The notes under the pieces are model-generated. The model made no database searches. It had not been told where the DNA came from and saw nothing but the letters and a program-made list of their open reading frames with translations. DNA of 64,000 nucleotides from Podarcis pityusensis. Lineage: Eukaryota. The DNA is taken from the NCBI GenBank assembly GCA_964106645.2, contig OZ067046.1. The stretch is one strand, 5' to 3'. Within the stretch, counting starts at the first letter, position 1. Each line of letters begins with the position of its first letter. Positions 38,290 through 51,983 of this stretch are shown in pieces. The position numbers and the translations under genes are program-made.

Positions 38290-39850
38290 GTGTACACACC
38301 ACACATGACAAGAATGAAAAGGGAGCTTTTTGGCTGCTGTGAGGGTTTTTTGTTTTGTTTTGTTTTCCTACCATTGTCAGAATACCTTTCCATGCTGGAA
38401 TTTAGAAATCAATCATGAGGAGGTATTGCATTTTATACATGCCCATCTCACCTCAAAACCAAAACATGAACCGACAGAGAAAGGGGAGCTCTGCCACTGT
38501 TTGGCTGTATTCCATGTTTAAAATTATCCTTTTTACAATTTATAATAATAATTTTAAAAATGGATAGAGAGCTTTAGTTCTACAGATGTATAAAAAGCAA
38601 AGAAGGGAAGTCTCACTTCTAGTATCCCTACTACCACCTGAACATCTATTTTAGAGTTGGGGTAAACAACTGAGAAGTCCCCTGACCAAATCAGGCATAC
38701 CAAGTGGGAGAATATGTCGTTTTCCTACATACACACACAAAACAGCTGGCAGCCTCTTTTCAAAATGGCCCTCAAGGAAAATTAGTAGCTCTAACCAGAG
38801 ATCTAGAGTCAATAAGTGTTGCGGGGCTATCAGCATGTTGTGTGTACAATAGGTTGGATTTTGCATTTCCAAGTAAGATGGAGCAAAATTAACTGAAAGT
38901 AGCTAATTAATTAAAACATAGTAGGAAAGGGAGGTTCGGAGGCATGTTTCAAGAGCTGGATTTCCCTCACACTGTTTGCACTATGCACCAAGGTTAAAAG
39001 AGACACCTCATGATTTTAGCCATTAAAAAAGGAAAGAAAGAAAAAAGAACAGTAAGAGCGCTTACTAACATTATAAGTAGTCCCCATGTTGGCTAACAGT
39101 TTGATAATACGTTACAGCACACCAGGCTAAATCCAATTCAAAGAAAGGCACACAATTTATTTCTTCAGTGGCCTTATATGTGCCTACCTCTGTGGTGAAT
39201 TGAGACACTGAAATAACATTGCTCTACCAGCTTGAAAACAGTGGTCTGAAATAATATATGTAAAATTGTTTAAATGCTTCCTCAAAACCATTTTCCCTAT
39301 TCGATACCCACATATATGTTTATGTTTATAAAGAGAGTCCTGTGGCACCTTAAAAACCAACACATTTTAGTACTTAAAGTTGCCACAAAAATGTACGAAT
39401 TGGTGGCAAGTTCACATAGGCAGCCCTTGTTATTAACCATTTCTGGCTATGCAATCACACAGAAAAATACACAGTGGGAACTGGCATTAAATCACCGCAA
39501 ATGTGCACCCCCCCACACATATACTATTGGCAGTACTTTCTGCCTGTGACAGTGGGCACAGAGTGTTGGCCTAACCAAACATTATGTAGAGTTCTGCAAT
39601 ATAATAACCAGCAAACTTCAGACTCCTGAAATGACCCCAAACAGAGGTCCTGTTATAAAGAACTAGAAACTGGGTTAATGTCATAAGCTTTTCAGTAAAG
39701 GATTTAACCACCCTGCAAGTGTTTAGAACTTTAATAATGCAAGTAGAATCTACAACAAAATGTTGCAGCGTGAAGAGCTCCTATTCATGAACTCTCCTAG
39801 TCCTGCCCTCACACCTCAAGACATCCAACGTTCTGCAGGTTGTTCTTTGG

Positions 39851-40551
39851 TGTTTTTTTAATGTATTTTTATTAAATATTTTCTTGATTTACAAGGGTAT
39901 GTGCAATGTCTCTCATATATTTTTTCCACGTAACATATTTTTAATATTTTTTTTACAAATAGTTTTCATTTGTTGAGACATTAGGAAGAAGAGGGGTAAA
40001 GAGGTGGATGGGGGGAAATATGAGTGGGGTGGGATCGCGTGGTGATGTTTCTATTTTACTTCATATATGTGGGGTTTTGTGTCAGCATTGCTTGTGCAGG
40101 TTCTCTGCTGTTCACTTGTGTTCCTTTGGTGGTGAGAGAGGTTGGGGTTGGCCTAGGGTGTGGCTGTTCATTTGTGGCTGGCTGTGGTGGTCTTTGTTTT
40201 CATGTGTGAGTGGGGTGGGTGGGTGTTTTGGATCAGGTTAGCCATATTGATTTGTATACTGTTGGTGGATTTTTGTCATTGTCTTGTTGGGCTGTGTATG
40301 TGATAAAGGGGAGCCATACCGGGGTGAAGACGTCTTCTTATATTTGTCCCCGTGTCAGTTTCAGTTTATTGGTCAATTTTTCTAGTAAGGCTGTTTCCCA
40401 TACTATTTGGTACCATTGGTCCATGCTTACTCCTGACAGGTCTCTCCGGTGTCTGGTTATGATGTTTCTGGCTGCTGAGAGTAGGTGGGTTATGAGTTCT
40501 TTGTGGTGTAAGTGGGCATTGTTGTCTTGGAAGATGTTTAGTAGGGCCAAT
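39851..40551 (-). mobile_element. L1-clade LINE, 5'-truncated, 17-bp TSD TGCAGGTTGTTCTTTGG
   Basis: Encodes LALLNIFQ...LLSAARNII...QWYQIVWETALLEKL (ORF2 C-terminus), followed by 3' UTR, AATAAA and an A tail. TSD at 39834-39850 and 40552-40568. Confidence 0.85.
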
Positions 40552-41304
40552 TGCAGGTTGTTCTTTGGGGGGGGTGGATCCCCACCCCTCCCCATTTTTA
40601 TACTTCTTCAAACATTGGTGTTTTCCCAAGTATGCTAATTAATTTTTTTATTTCTCATGGGTGGGCAAGGCCAGAAACAAAAGTGGATGGTGCAATGGAT
40701 TTGAAACAATGGATTCGATACTTCCCTTTGTACACTAAGCTACATTCCAGGCATGCTAAAGTCAGGATTTATTTTTTCTGAAATCCATTTCTCCATCCTG
40801 GCAAGCAACTGGCATCATCAACATTCAAGGACACATTTCAGAAAGGCACAAACAGCACAAAATGAGGGTATGGAGCAAAGCCACTGAGGGATGTGGCTTG
40901 CAAGAGAGTCAGCTAGACAGAGGCTTGGAGGGCCTCGTTCACTCCCTGACCCAAAGTTTCCTCCCTCCACGCTACCACACTGGTTCTTGATATACCGATT
41001 TGATCCAGCATTATCGTCTCAATAGCAGTTTGATCTGAGAAGAATTACACTGGAAGTATCAGTTCTCATGCCGCCTTGCCTTCTTCTGTGGTCTGCTACA
41101 CAAGGCAAAGGGTGCAAGGATCAGGCGCAAGCACTCTTGCAGAAGAGCAATACTGCACTTTTCATGCTGTTTCAGAGAATGCATTTGATTCTGCAGCAGC
41201 GCAACACTGCACCGTGGCCCCCCATCTGTCAGATGAAAAAGACTAAGAGGAACAGCAGAGCAAGATTGGAGAGCTGGCAGAAACCTCCAAGACCAAGTCA
41301 ACCA

Positions 41305-42718
41305 ATGTCTTGAAAACACAGACATTTTGGACCTAGAAAGTTGTAACAATGTATTTGGATGGCATGCATATCTGTGGTATGACAAGGTCAAAGCGCATAA
41401 AGCATTTAAAAACCATATTGTCAGGAAAGCATTGTTTAATGTTTGGATAAGATACAAGGATTTATTGGAAAACAAAACCCCAAGGTGGCTGTCACCGATG
41501 GAAGCGAAAGCTGTGAAAAGGCTCAATATGGAGGCCAATTGGCCGAAATATTGGGAAATTTTGGAACAAGATGGAGATAGACTGAAACTGCAGAGTTTTG
41601 AGAAACTAAAAAATAAAGTGCGAGACTGGCTTCATTATTATCAGATAATGGAGGCATATAATTTGGACAAGAAAATTGGCTTCCAGATGGAAAAATCAAA
41701 ATTAGAAACAGAACTGTTAGAACCCAAAACTAAGATTTTGTCAAAGATGTATAACTTGCTGTTGAAATGGAATACTCAGGATGAAACGGTGAAATCTGCT
41801 ATGATTAAATAGGCACAAGATGTTGGACATAATATTATGTTTGCTGACTGGGAACAGTTATGGACCACAGGTATGAAGTTTACGGCATGTAATGCCTTAA
41901 GAGAGAATATTATGAAAATGATATACAGGTGGTACATAACCCCAGTCAAGCTTGCAAAAATCTACCATTTGCCCGATAACAAATGTTGGAAATGTAAAGA
42001 AACTGAAGGTACATTCTTTCACCTTTGGTGGACATGCCCAAGGATTAAGGCTTTCTGGGAAATGATATATAATGAACTGAAAAAGGTATTTAAATATACC
42101 TTCTTGAAGAAACCAGAGGCCTTTCTCCTGGGCATAGTCGGCCAATTGGTGCCAAAGAAGGATAGAACCTTTTTTATGTATGCCACAACAGCAGCAAGAA
42201 TACTCATTGCAAAGTATTGGAAGACACAAGATCTACCCACTCTGGAAGAATGGCAGATGAAGCTGATGGACTATATGGAACTGGCAGAAATGACTGGCAG
42301 AATCCGAGACCAGGGAGAAGAGTCGGTGGAAGAAGATTGGAAGAAATTCAAAGACTATCTACAGAATTATTGTAAAATTAATGAATGTTAGAATGATGTT
42401 GGATAGAAATTAAGTGGTTTCCAGCTGTAATGCTTTAAGGGATTATGAAAAATGGGCTGTTAATAGGTAAAAATTTAACGTTACTATTTTAAGACTAAAG
42501 ATTAGGATAAATAAAGAGGGTAAGGATTTGCTGAACCAACAAATTGAACTGGAATACAAAAAAGGGAGGTATGAGGAGGTCCGGGAAACAAGCTAAAGGA
42601 AAACAAGCAATGGAAAATCTGTGTGTTTTTAACTATTTTTATTTTGTATTTTTGTTATTTTTTTCATTTTTATTGTAATACTTTTAAAAAGCTTAATAAA
42701 TATCTTACAGAAAAAAAC
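41305..42718 (+). mobile_element. L1-clade LINE, 5'-truncated, apparently young, flanked by a 132-bp direct duplication
   Basis: ORFs 41327..41812 and 41837..42391 are in the same frame, separated by one TAG. Contains the Cys motif CWKC..EGTFFHLWWTC and AARILIAKYWK; ends with AATAAA and an A tail. Confidence 0.92.
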
Positions 42719-43146
42719 CAGAGAATGCATTTGATTCTGCAGCAGCGCAACACTGCACCGTGGCCCCCCATCTGTCAGATGAAAAAGACTAAGAGGAACA
42801 GCAGAGCAAGATCGGAGAGCTGGCAGAAACCTCCAAGACCAAGTCAACCAGTAGATACCAACGTAGTTCACTTCCACGTGTTCTGGCAAATTTATTTGGA
42901 TGCAAGTCTGCAAGCACCTCCTCTCTGTGTGTGTGTGTGTGTACAAACATACATTAAAATCTTAGTTTATAAGCAGTTTTTTTGGACAGAAGACCTCAGA
43001 GCAGCATGGGAAGATGCTAAGAACACACAGCACAGTTTAAAAAGGATGAAAACTTAAACCTTACAACTAGCCTTTCTTTCCCGTCTCCCAGAAAATACAG
43101 CGGAAGTTATCCACCAGACAGCCAGTTCACATTACCCGCCTATGGA

Positions 43147-43160
43147 CTGTCTCTTCTCTT

Positions 43161-43207
<47 letters not shown>
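43147..43207. repeat. (CTCTT)n/(CT)n microsatellite
   Basis: Read directly from sequence. Confidence 0.9.
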
Positions 43208-43211
<4 letters not shown>

Positions 43212-46200
43212 TTTTTCTCCCCCCTGGCAATCCAATGCTAGCTCAGTGCTAGCTTGCTGCTCTGCAAGACTTCTGCATCACAACTGAACTTATCAACTCA
43301 AGGTAAGGCTCTCCCTCTTTTGACCCTTCAACACCAGGCATCCTGCAACCCACTCCTCCTGCCTCAGGGGCCAGGTGCGCACAATGCTAATTCCAGTTTG
43401 TGTCAAGGTTAGCCAGTGGAGAAGAGGGCCGCTGGATATTTCAGGTTAAGTTATGGGGGGGGGGAGAGAGAGAGAGAAGGGGGAACCTTACCTTTCAGCA
43501 AATGTACCAGCCCAGATGTCATTGCCCACCAGAGAGCAGCAACGACCAAACACCACAATGGCATGGTGCAGGAGGTAAAGCGTATAATGCTCTCTTTGCA
43601 TGGCTCAAGCAGGATTGCACCCCTTGTCAATAAAGGAAAAACAGACACCTTAGTGGCACTGCTGAAAACCTTGTGGCAGGGGGTATTTAAATGCCCTCAT
43701 ATTATCCTGATTTCAAAGTGGGGCTTTCCCCACACACAATCTGCCACTGATTAAAAAAACAACAACTGTAAAAATGGATTACAAAAGGGTGTGCAAGCGA
43801 AAAGCAGACTAAAGCAGCTAAATGTCTGGTCTCACTTTAGAAGTTCGAGGACTAGATGCTGCTGTATTTCTGGGCATTGTTCTTCGCTCCCTCCCCGGCC
43901 AAACTTCTCACTCCCTCCATTGTGTGCTACATCCCTGCCTTGTTGGAAGCTGTTTGCCTCTCATCTGCTCCTAAGTATTGCTCAAGTTTTTCCTGCTGGT
44001 TCTTGCTTATCCTCTCTCCTTTCATGTCTGTGCAAATTCCATCAAATCACAGAACGATCAACAGCTTCTCATTAGCAATTCTAACCTATCACTTTCGGCA
44101 AGCTGTGCCCCATAAAATAAAGGCCAAATAAAATAACAGGAGGCTTTCTTTATGTTCCCTTTCTCCTACCTGGGGTTGCCAGATGTTCTCAATTTAAAGG
44201 GCTGCATGTATTCAGAAAGATTACTACTCTGCACAAAGTGCGTTTCTCATCTCAAAACATCTGATTACTGACAGCACTCAAGAAAGCAGTATGGCAGGTT
44301 AAGAACATCTCTCTCCTTCTCCCTCTCTTTTACTTTTATCCGGGCTATATTTGCACTCACACTCTCAGCTTCTAAGAACATCGGCTTATCAGCATGATTA
44401 TCCTTGAACCAGAATGCACACTTCATTCTGTTTCACCAGTCAGGGACCATAGAGCCAGTACAGCCACAGTTTAGTATGACAATAACCATCTTGAGGCTCT
44501 TGTGCTCCATATAAGGAGTTTGGAAGCTTTTAACTTCCACTTTTACTTAACCACAGTTAATTGTGTCATCTGATCCAACAAACTGCTGTTACTGTTGAAA
44601 CTATGGCTTCTTTGAAGCAAGCCAACTCGAAAGGAGGGTTTCACATCATGCTAAGCTATGGTTACATAATGACTATATAATGTTTAATGCCTACATTAGG
44701 ATGTCACACTAAACTATGGTTAGCGTAACCTCCTAATGCAGCCATTATACTCGCTATGGGAGTGTACTTGAATGGCAGTATGCAGCATTAGCATGTTATC
44801 AACGCATGCTTTACAAAATGGGGAAATGTTGTGTTGTTGATTTTTTAAAAAGGGCTCCCATTCCCCTCTTTGAAGATTTAAAACAATGATTTAAAAGCCA
44901 CTCAATCGTGTTCGCTACAAATGCCACCTCATGCTGAAACTTCCAGCTGCTGGTTTTGAAGTCCATGGAAGCATTATTAAACGTTGATAAGCCACAGCCT
45001 TCAGCACAGCTGTGTTAAATGCAAAACTGCAAAGGGCTCACTTTGGATCTAAGAAATGCAACATGGGTGCTTAATAAAGCACGATTACTAAAGGCTCTTT
45101 AGAAAGCAAAATATTTTTCAAACTCTTTGCCTGGCCTGCATGCAACATGGTCACCTGCAGAGAAGCAGGTTTCTGCCCTCCAGCCGACAACAACTTCTGG
45201 CCAAAGGCTCCCCAGTCAGAAACGGGAAGGCAATCTGTCCTAGCTCTACTATGGGCTCATTAGGTGGCCAAGGGTAAGCCACCCACCCAATACGCTTCAT
45301 CTCTAATTTGAAATACAAGAACAGCAGTGATCCTACCGACATAGGATTACTGTGAGAGCAAGCACACACAAATAAAGATTGGGAAATAAGTAAATAATCC
45401 AGGAAGCGAAAGAGCAGGAATGGCCAATGCTGTGCAGTTTCCCTGTCTGAGGAACACGTGACCTTTCACCTTGAAGAGCAACTCCCAAACACCAAACAGA
45501 ATTAAGGAAAAGCCCTCTAAATGTAGTTAAGAAGGGTTGTGATAGCTGCACTCAGTCCCCCCTCTCTCTCACTCTGAGTCCCCCTTGAAATGTTTCGAAA
45601 TTCAAAGTACTCCATGGCAAACTGGGCCATTCTGTGGACCCGAAATGTGGTCACTCTTTGGTCAGCAGCTCACTAGTCAGAATAATTCCAAAATGAGGCA
45701 GGCAGTCTTTCCAGTTCTAAATATAGGGCTTCACATGAAACAGCAACCTTGTGATGGGTCATGCATATATGAGCAGGTGTGGGCAAGTTCACACTCATAC
45801 ACTGCAAATTAAATATCTATTTTAACCGGTGGTTGTTGTTTTTTAAGGGTAAATGCCATTGCATAGCTTCTTGAATGCTGCAAGTTAGAGACAAGAGAAT
45901 TTGGAACAGCAGAAAGGCTTGTGTATAGATTTAGCATGAGTACGGAGTGAGTCATAGCATAGCTATCCACTGAGGATTAATTGACTCTGTAGTAAAGCTG
46001 ATTCCTCTGTTCAAATGGAAAGGCTGAACTTGTCAGTGTTGCCGTAAGCAGATGCCGTCAACAATTAAATTCACAGCTGCAGGTGGCAGCACACAAGCCT
46101 CCAAAACTCAGTGAGTCAATCATCCTTTGATGAAAGTGATGTCGAAGGCAAGCACTGGGGAAGAACTGTGGCTATCAAAAACAGGGGAGAACAAAATCTC

Positions 46201-47429
46201 GAACGCGTTTAGGACCCAAATGCAGGAAAATTCCAAATCATACACCAGCATAATTCGTAAGCTATTATCGGGGCAGTAAAGCAACAGAGGCCAGCTCAAT
46301 TATGGCGTCCACGTCTAGGAGATTATTAGACCCCCCCTGTAGTTTGCATTCCATCAGCAACTGAAAACATTTTGGCTCAGGCAAGTTTTTTGTTTGACCA
46401 CAGCTTTGAGTTTATCTGGGTCTGCATTCTTAGTTTTTATTCTGTAATTTTTCTATGCTGCTTCGGCAGCTTGTTTTATTATGATGCTTTTAATTTGCTA
46501 TGTTTGCTGCTTTGGGTGGTTTAATTCTTGAATCAAAGTTTATAAAGTTATCTAAACAAACTCACACGCATAAAAACCAAGAACAGAAATATTTAGCCTT
46601 GTAGCAATAAATATCCATGCAGGTTTTTCCCCTTTGGCTGTTGGCTCCTCTTAACAGTTTCACTCTGGATTAATCAATACATAATAATTCCAACCACCTG
46701 ATTGTGGTATCTGTCATTTATTATTGGTTACCAAAATTGCCCCCTCCTCCAATAAACAAACACAGGCAATAAAAGCCAACACCCACACACAAAACACCAC
46801 CTGAATCCATATCGCTTTTGTCTAAAGTCTATCCTTGGACTGCTTTTAACAAGCCTGCACAACCAGGTGCTTAACAGCTGTTGAACAAGACCTGCTACAC
46901 CTTTCTCATTCTGGCAGGCATAATTGAAAGAGGCGGCACGCACCTCAGATCGGCTCAACCTCCTTTGCCGTCACCTTTCCCCCGTCTGAAAGGTCTAACA
47001 AAGTACTTTTTAGATGAGGCAGAAGAAGCAAACATTCCAATTCCCCAGGCAGTGTCCTTTCCTACAGATCCCAAAACCAGTGCCAGGAAGAATGCACAGA
47101 AAGCTTCAGATTCTCACTGGGAATTATGGGACTTGGCAGTCCCAGTTCCTGATGGCAAGATATGCTATTACCAGGTACTTGAAGCACCAGCTGCTGATGT
47201 CTCCACCTATCCCGACATTTTTGGGTCCTTGAGCTAGGGGGAAATAGCAGCTGCAGAGGGGTGTTGGAGTGTTTGCTTGAACATTTTTTTTTAAAAAAGC
47301 TTTGTTTCACTTTTGCTGTGAATGGGAGGGCAATTGTCCATTCCTAGCATTGAGTACCTTCTCAGCCCACAATATGCTATTAAAAGTTGGCTTCTCTGCA
47401 GCAAGTTCAGCTTTAATGATTGTACTGTA

Positions 47430-47600
47430 CAGTGATACCTCGGGTTAAGTACTTAATTCTTTCCAGAGGTCCGTACTTAACCTGAAACTGTTCTTAACCT
47501 GAAGCACCACTTTAGCTAATGGGGCCTCCTGCTGCTGCCGCGCCACCAGAGCCCGATTTCTGTTCTCATCCTGAAGCGTATGTAACCTGAGGTACCACTG
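47430..47600. mobile_element. Tigger-like MITE, internally deleted
   Basis: TA|CAGTGATACCTCGGG...GAGGTACCACTG|TA. Confidence 0.88.
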
Positions 47601-47718
47601 TATATTGGTTAAACCTAATTATTATTATGGATCGCCCTAAACCAAAACAGGTAAGTATGAATAAATCACTTTACTGCACCAAAGTAAAACCAAAACAAAG
47701 AGCAGCAATTCCACTAAC

Positions 47719-48615
47719 CTCAGTCGCTTCAACAGGTATTTTCAATTTGGGCAAGCTGGGCAAGTTGGGCTTGACGTTTGTTTTCACGTTTGCTATTTTC
47801 CCATAGGACTGTTCGTGGTATTCCTCAGGAAGCGGCTTGAGCTCCGGCGACTCGTCCGGAGCTTGATCTTGACCATCCATTGGCCTCACGTAGGCAGTCG
47901 GTTTCTGCTGTATTGCACTGGTTTTTGATGACAACGATGCAGGGAAAGTCTGGGAGGAAGGCTGGGCAGCAACGGCTACAGGAGCATTCAAGCTGTCCTG
48001 GGTTTCATTCTCACGTGTTCCAGCCACCAGCTCCAGAGAAGGGGAGCTATTCTGCCCGTGGTTTTTGTTGGTGCTGCCGAGAGACCTGGAATTGACACGT
48101 TGGCTGGAATGTAGAGGCGACAAGGGAGCTACAGGGGAAGACAACGAGGACAGCAAGGGAGAAAGTTCCAAAAGGGAGGGCTGCAGCTTGCGGGCTTCTT
48201 CAATGCATCTTTCATTCTTCTTCTGGCTTCTGCTGCTCTGGCCTTCTTGAGTCTTGCGGCTCTGCTCTTGACTTCGCCTCTGGTTGCTGGGCAGCCCACC
48301 GCTTTGTGAGGCCAGTTCTATCCTTGAGTGAATTTTTTGGTGGTGCAGAGAGTTGCCCGCAGAGGGAGCACCTGAAGCAATGGGTCCCAAGGGCTTGCGG
48401 TGATGGCTACTGTTCTGGAATGAGGCAGGTACCACGCTGCTGGTCTTTTCAGGCAAGAGTGGACGATCTGGCTTGCGCTGAGGGATCAGAGACATGACGC
48501 TTGTGGGGATCCCTATGAAATCTTGCTGAGACTTGATGGCGATAAGCTCCTTCATCTCTTCGTAATTGCCAAACATCTTCTGAATCCGGCTGGATAGCTC
48601 ATCTGCTTTGTTGTT
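47719..48615 (-). CDS. AFF1: AFF1 large coding exon (897 nt): NNKADELSSRIQKMFGNYEEM...QQKPTAYVRPMDGQDQAP...KLKIPVEATE, including the SIAH-binding PxAxVxP degron
   Basis: Within ORF 47671..48636. Contains the AFF motifs DELSSRIQ.M.GNYEE and KPTAYVRPMDGQDQAP.ESPELKP. Acceptor tttcag|AAC, donor GAG|gttagt; phase 0-0. Confidence 0.97.
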
Positions 48616-49414
48616 CTGAAACAGGGAGGAAAACAACCGCGAAATGGAAGAGGTGAAATTAAACCATTCCCGCCCCCCTCAGTTCACTGAGGATGTCCTC
48701 ACTCCTTAGCAGATTTTGCTCCTATGCAATGAGAGAACCAGGGTCACAGAAAGGCATTTCTGCTTATGTGGTGCTAACCAAAAGGTGAATTGAAGAGTGT
48801 GGGACAATACAGGTTAACAGAAACCTAAATTCAAGTAGCTCGATACCTATAATTGCAATAAAATATTATGTACAATTTTTTAAAAACTAAATTTCAGTTG
48901 TCAAAGTTTTTTCTTTTTAAGTCATGCCACTGCTTTTATACTCAAATGACCGCATCACTGAAAAGCTGGAGCTCTCTTACAGCTAGAGTGAGACTGCGAG
49001 CCCAGCATTTTCTGGTAGCAATTCCCCAGTAAAACACACAGAGGTCTTGCTAAGCCCTGCAACATGAGTTCTTTAAACCAGGAAAGCCAGGCATTGAATC
49101 TGGGATCTTCTGCACTCAAAGCACATGGTCTCGCATTGTGCCATGAGCCCTCTCAGGTTCACTTCTTGCTGATCAATTTCTAGCTGCACATTTTTATTTA
49201 CATCCCCACATGCAAGAGAGGCTTGCTTCTGAAAGAAAGCTGAAGGTATAGAGATAAGAGTCTGTGGTTTCCTTGAATTGGCAAGAACCCCACAGCCACT
49301 GCCCTGGAGACAGCAGAAACGCATTAGGCAGGGCAAAGAGGCCAAAGACTCAATCTGTAAATGCAACAACTCCCTACTGTAAATCCTGCTGGGAATGTGA
49401 GACGGTGCAGATAC

Positions 49415-49535
49415 CTTGTAAGGTTCTCCAAAGAGAGGGATATCAGCAGGGAATGATTCTTTCTCCTGGAGAGCTTCCTGATTCCTCCTCTCTTTTGCTT
49501 GGATGCGGAGCAAATTTCTCTCTTCATTGTACAAG
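49415..49535 (-). CDS. AFF1: AFF1 coding exon (121 nt): (S)LYNEERNLLRIQAKERRNQEALQEKESFPADIPLFGEPYK, the N-terminal cyclin T1/P-TEFb-binding region
   Basis: Translation matches the AF4-family N-terminus (RNLLRI..KERRNQE..LFGEPYK). Acceptor cacag| follows a pyrimidine tract; donor AAG|gtat. Phase 2 in, phase 0 out. The ORF-track start is a TTG, not a real ATG. Confidence 0.96.
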
Positions 49536-50666
49536 CTGTGGGCAGAGAGAGAAAGAGGGGAAATTACTACCTAGGCTATGCTTCTGCAATTAACGAAGTA
49601 CCTCCTCAAGCCAATAAGGGCTTTCTAGAATTGCAAAAGGCAGGTAGGTAATTAAACCAAGCAGGGACCTTGCGCTCAGTAGCTAAGCAGACAACATAGT
49701 TGGACAACACAGCGCATAGATGCATGCCTGCAGACATGCTGGGGAGACTCAAGGAAAGCAAGACATGCTTGCCTAAAAAGTCTGAACAAGAAAATGCTCT
49801 AGCAAACCTTTTGTATGCAAAAAAAAAAAAAAAAAAAAGACTTTTCCAAGGTCCACACATAACTGTTTGATGTGGCCTTTACAGAAGTACTGAGGAGGTG
49901 GTTCACACACCCTAGTCATCATGTTCTTTATTCCAGATACTCCATGGACCCAAGAGATTAGGGACAGGCAACTCCCATTGGCCTTGTTTCTTGCCTTGCA
50001 GAGGAGTAACCCAGTAGATAAGAAGTTAAAAAGTAGTTGTTTACCAGAGCTATAGACAGCTTAGTCCTTAGCATAATATGTGTGACACTGCTCGCCATGG
50101 GAGGCGGGCGAGCTGAAATAATAATAAGCCATGCAATGGGGGGCACTGATGAGACACCTCTTGAAACCCAAACAGCTGCCTTTATAGAGATTTCATCAGG
50201 CCTACTTCTGCTTCCTTTTAAAAATACATTATCTCAGAGATCACCATGAGGTTGAAATCGGTGGCTTTGTGTTGCATGTTATGAAGCACATGCAGTTCTG
50301 CTAATTCATTGCAGCCAAAATGACCCCAGTCATCAAGTGCTGCTCCAACCTTTCCTCAAATGCTTCAAATTACGAGGTTTCCACAGCCTCCCTGCACAGG
50401 TTTGTTCCACTTGCTAATTGTTCTCATGCATGGAAGGATTTCTTTCCCCAGTGTCTACCTTCCCACAGGGATCCTGGGAATGGGAACATGCTCTGGCCGA
50501 AGCCCTAGAAAACCACTCGCTGTCAGTCAGTATAGACAAGAGCTAAATGGAACAATGGTCTGACTCAGTGCAAGACAGCTTCGTATGTTCCCTATAGATA
50601 CGCCTGAGAAACAGCAGGGGCTACCCTTGCCTGCCCACTTAAGTCCATTATTTCTTGTCCCACCTT

Positions 50667-50708
<42 letters not shown>

Positions 50709-51983
50709 CCCCCCCAACAGCCCACTTCTTGCTGAGATCGTGAAAACTGCAGCAAATTCATTTTCCCAAGAAGAAGAAGAAGCCACTTTTTGGCTTTCAC
50801 GCTTGGACTGAAATTTGGGAGTGTTATTACACCCAGTAATGCACTGGGAACAAGGGAAAGAAACCACTGTCTTTTCAATGACTTTATGTGTAAGAAAGCT
50901 CATGGAAAAGGCCGCAGAATGTTGATTTGTTCGGAACAACCGCTACGTGTGAACCAGGGCCTCTAAAACAACTGTTATTATTCTCTTATCAACACAAAGC
51001 TGAGAAGGCAGATGTGCATTGCCAGAGGACAACAGTGTTATGTAAAATATCTGGCAATGCATCGCCGCAGAGCCCCTGTACCATTCTTCTTCTGCCTTGC
51101 ATACCCCAGCCGTTAATGCAATTCAGCAAAAAATGATTCCACACCAGTCCCATTCATTTCAGTGGGTTTGAAGCAGGCGTTCTTGGAAGGCTGCTCTGCT
51201 CTGTCATCAGCCCATATAGATTTGTCTCACCAAGTGGTCGCCACCAATTTGAATAATCTCCTGCACCTCTCTGTTTGGAGATTTGCACAATGAGTTTCAA
51301 CAAAATGCCTGGATTTTTTTCCCTTCAGGTAACACACAGACAGAGGCTTAACAGCTTTGTTGAAATAAAAACATTATTCTTCCACCAGACTGGCTTATTT
51401 TGAATTAAAATTTTATTCCCACCATTCTTCCAGCTAGCCCTAGGCGCCCCTGGGGAGATGCCCCACCTAACAATGCCAAGCCTATGAAAATCTCATAGAA
51501 TCTATGCAACTTGCTCTTGGGCAGACTGAGGGACACTGAACGGGCCTGGGTCTAAGCTTTGTGGATGAGCAGAAATTTGAACCTGCATCTTCCCAGTCTA
51601 TGTCCAAGTCTTCACTCACTAGGCCACACTGCCTCTCAAGTAATCACTATTTTTAAAGGTACCAGCCTGAGCTCTTCCCTTAGAGGTCTTCAGAGATTAG
51701 GAAGCTGGGTACGCAGAACATGACCAACTCAGTGGCTGAAACCAGGTTCTGAAATTCCCTATATTGGGACACCCATTAAGTTCCCCCACCCCCAGGTTTC
51801 TACAGTGGTGTTAAAGCCTTTGTTTGCTTTTGTTTTGAAGGGGGAGGGGGGAAGTTTGCTTTATTTGTGAAGACATTTTCCTTGGGAAAATGGCAAAGCG
51901 GGGGTAGCATATAAGTTGCTTCTTGGACTGGTAGATATATTGCTTTTTTGGGTAAGTGGTAGGTATCTCATTCATGTAAAAAA

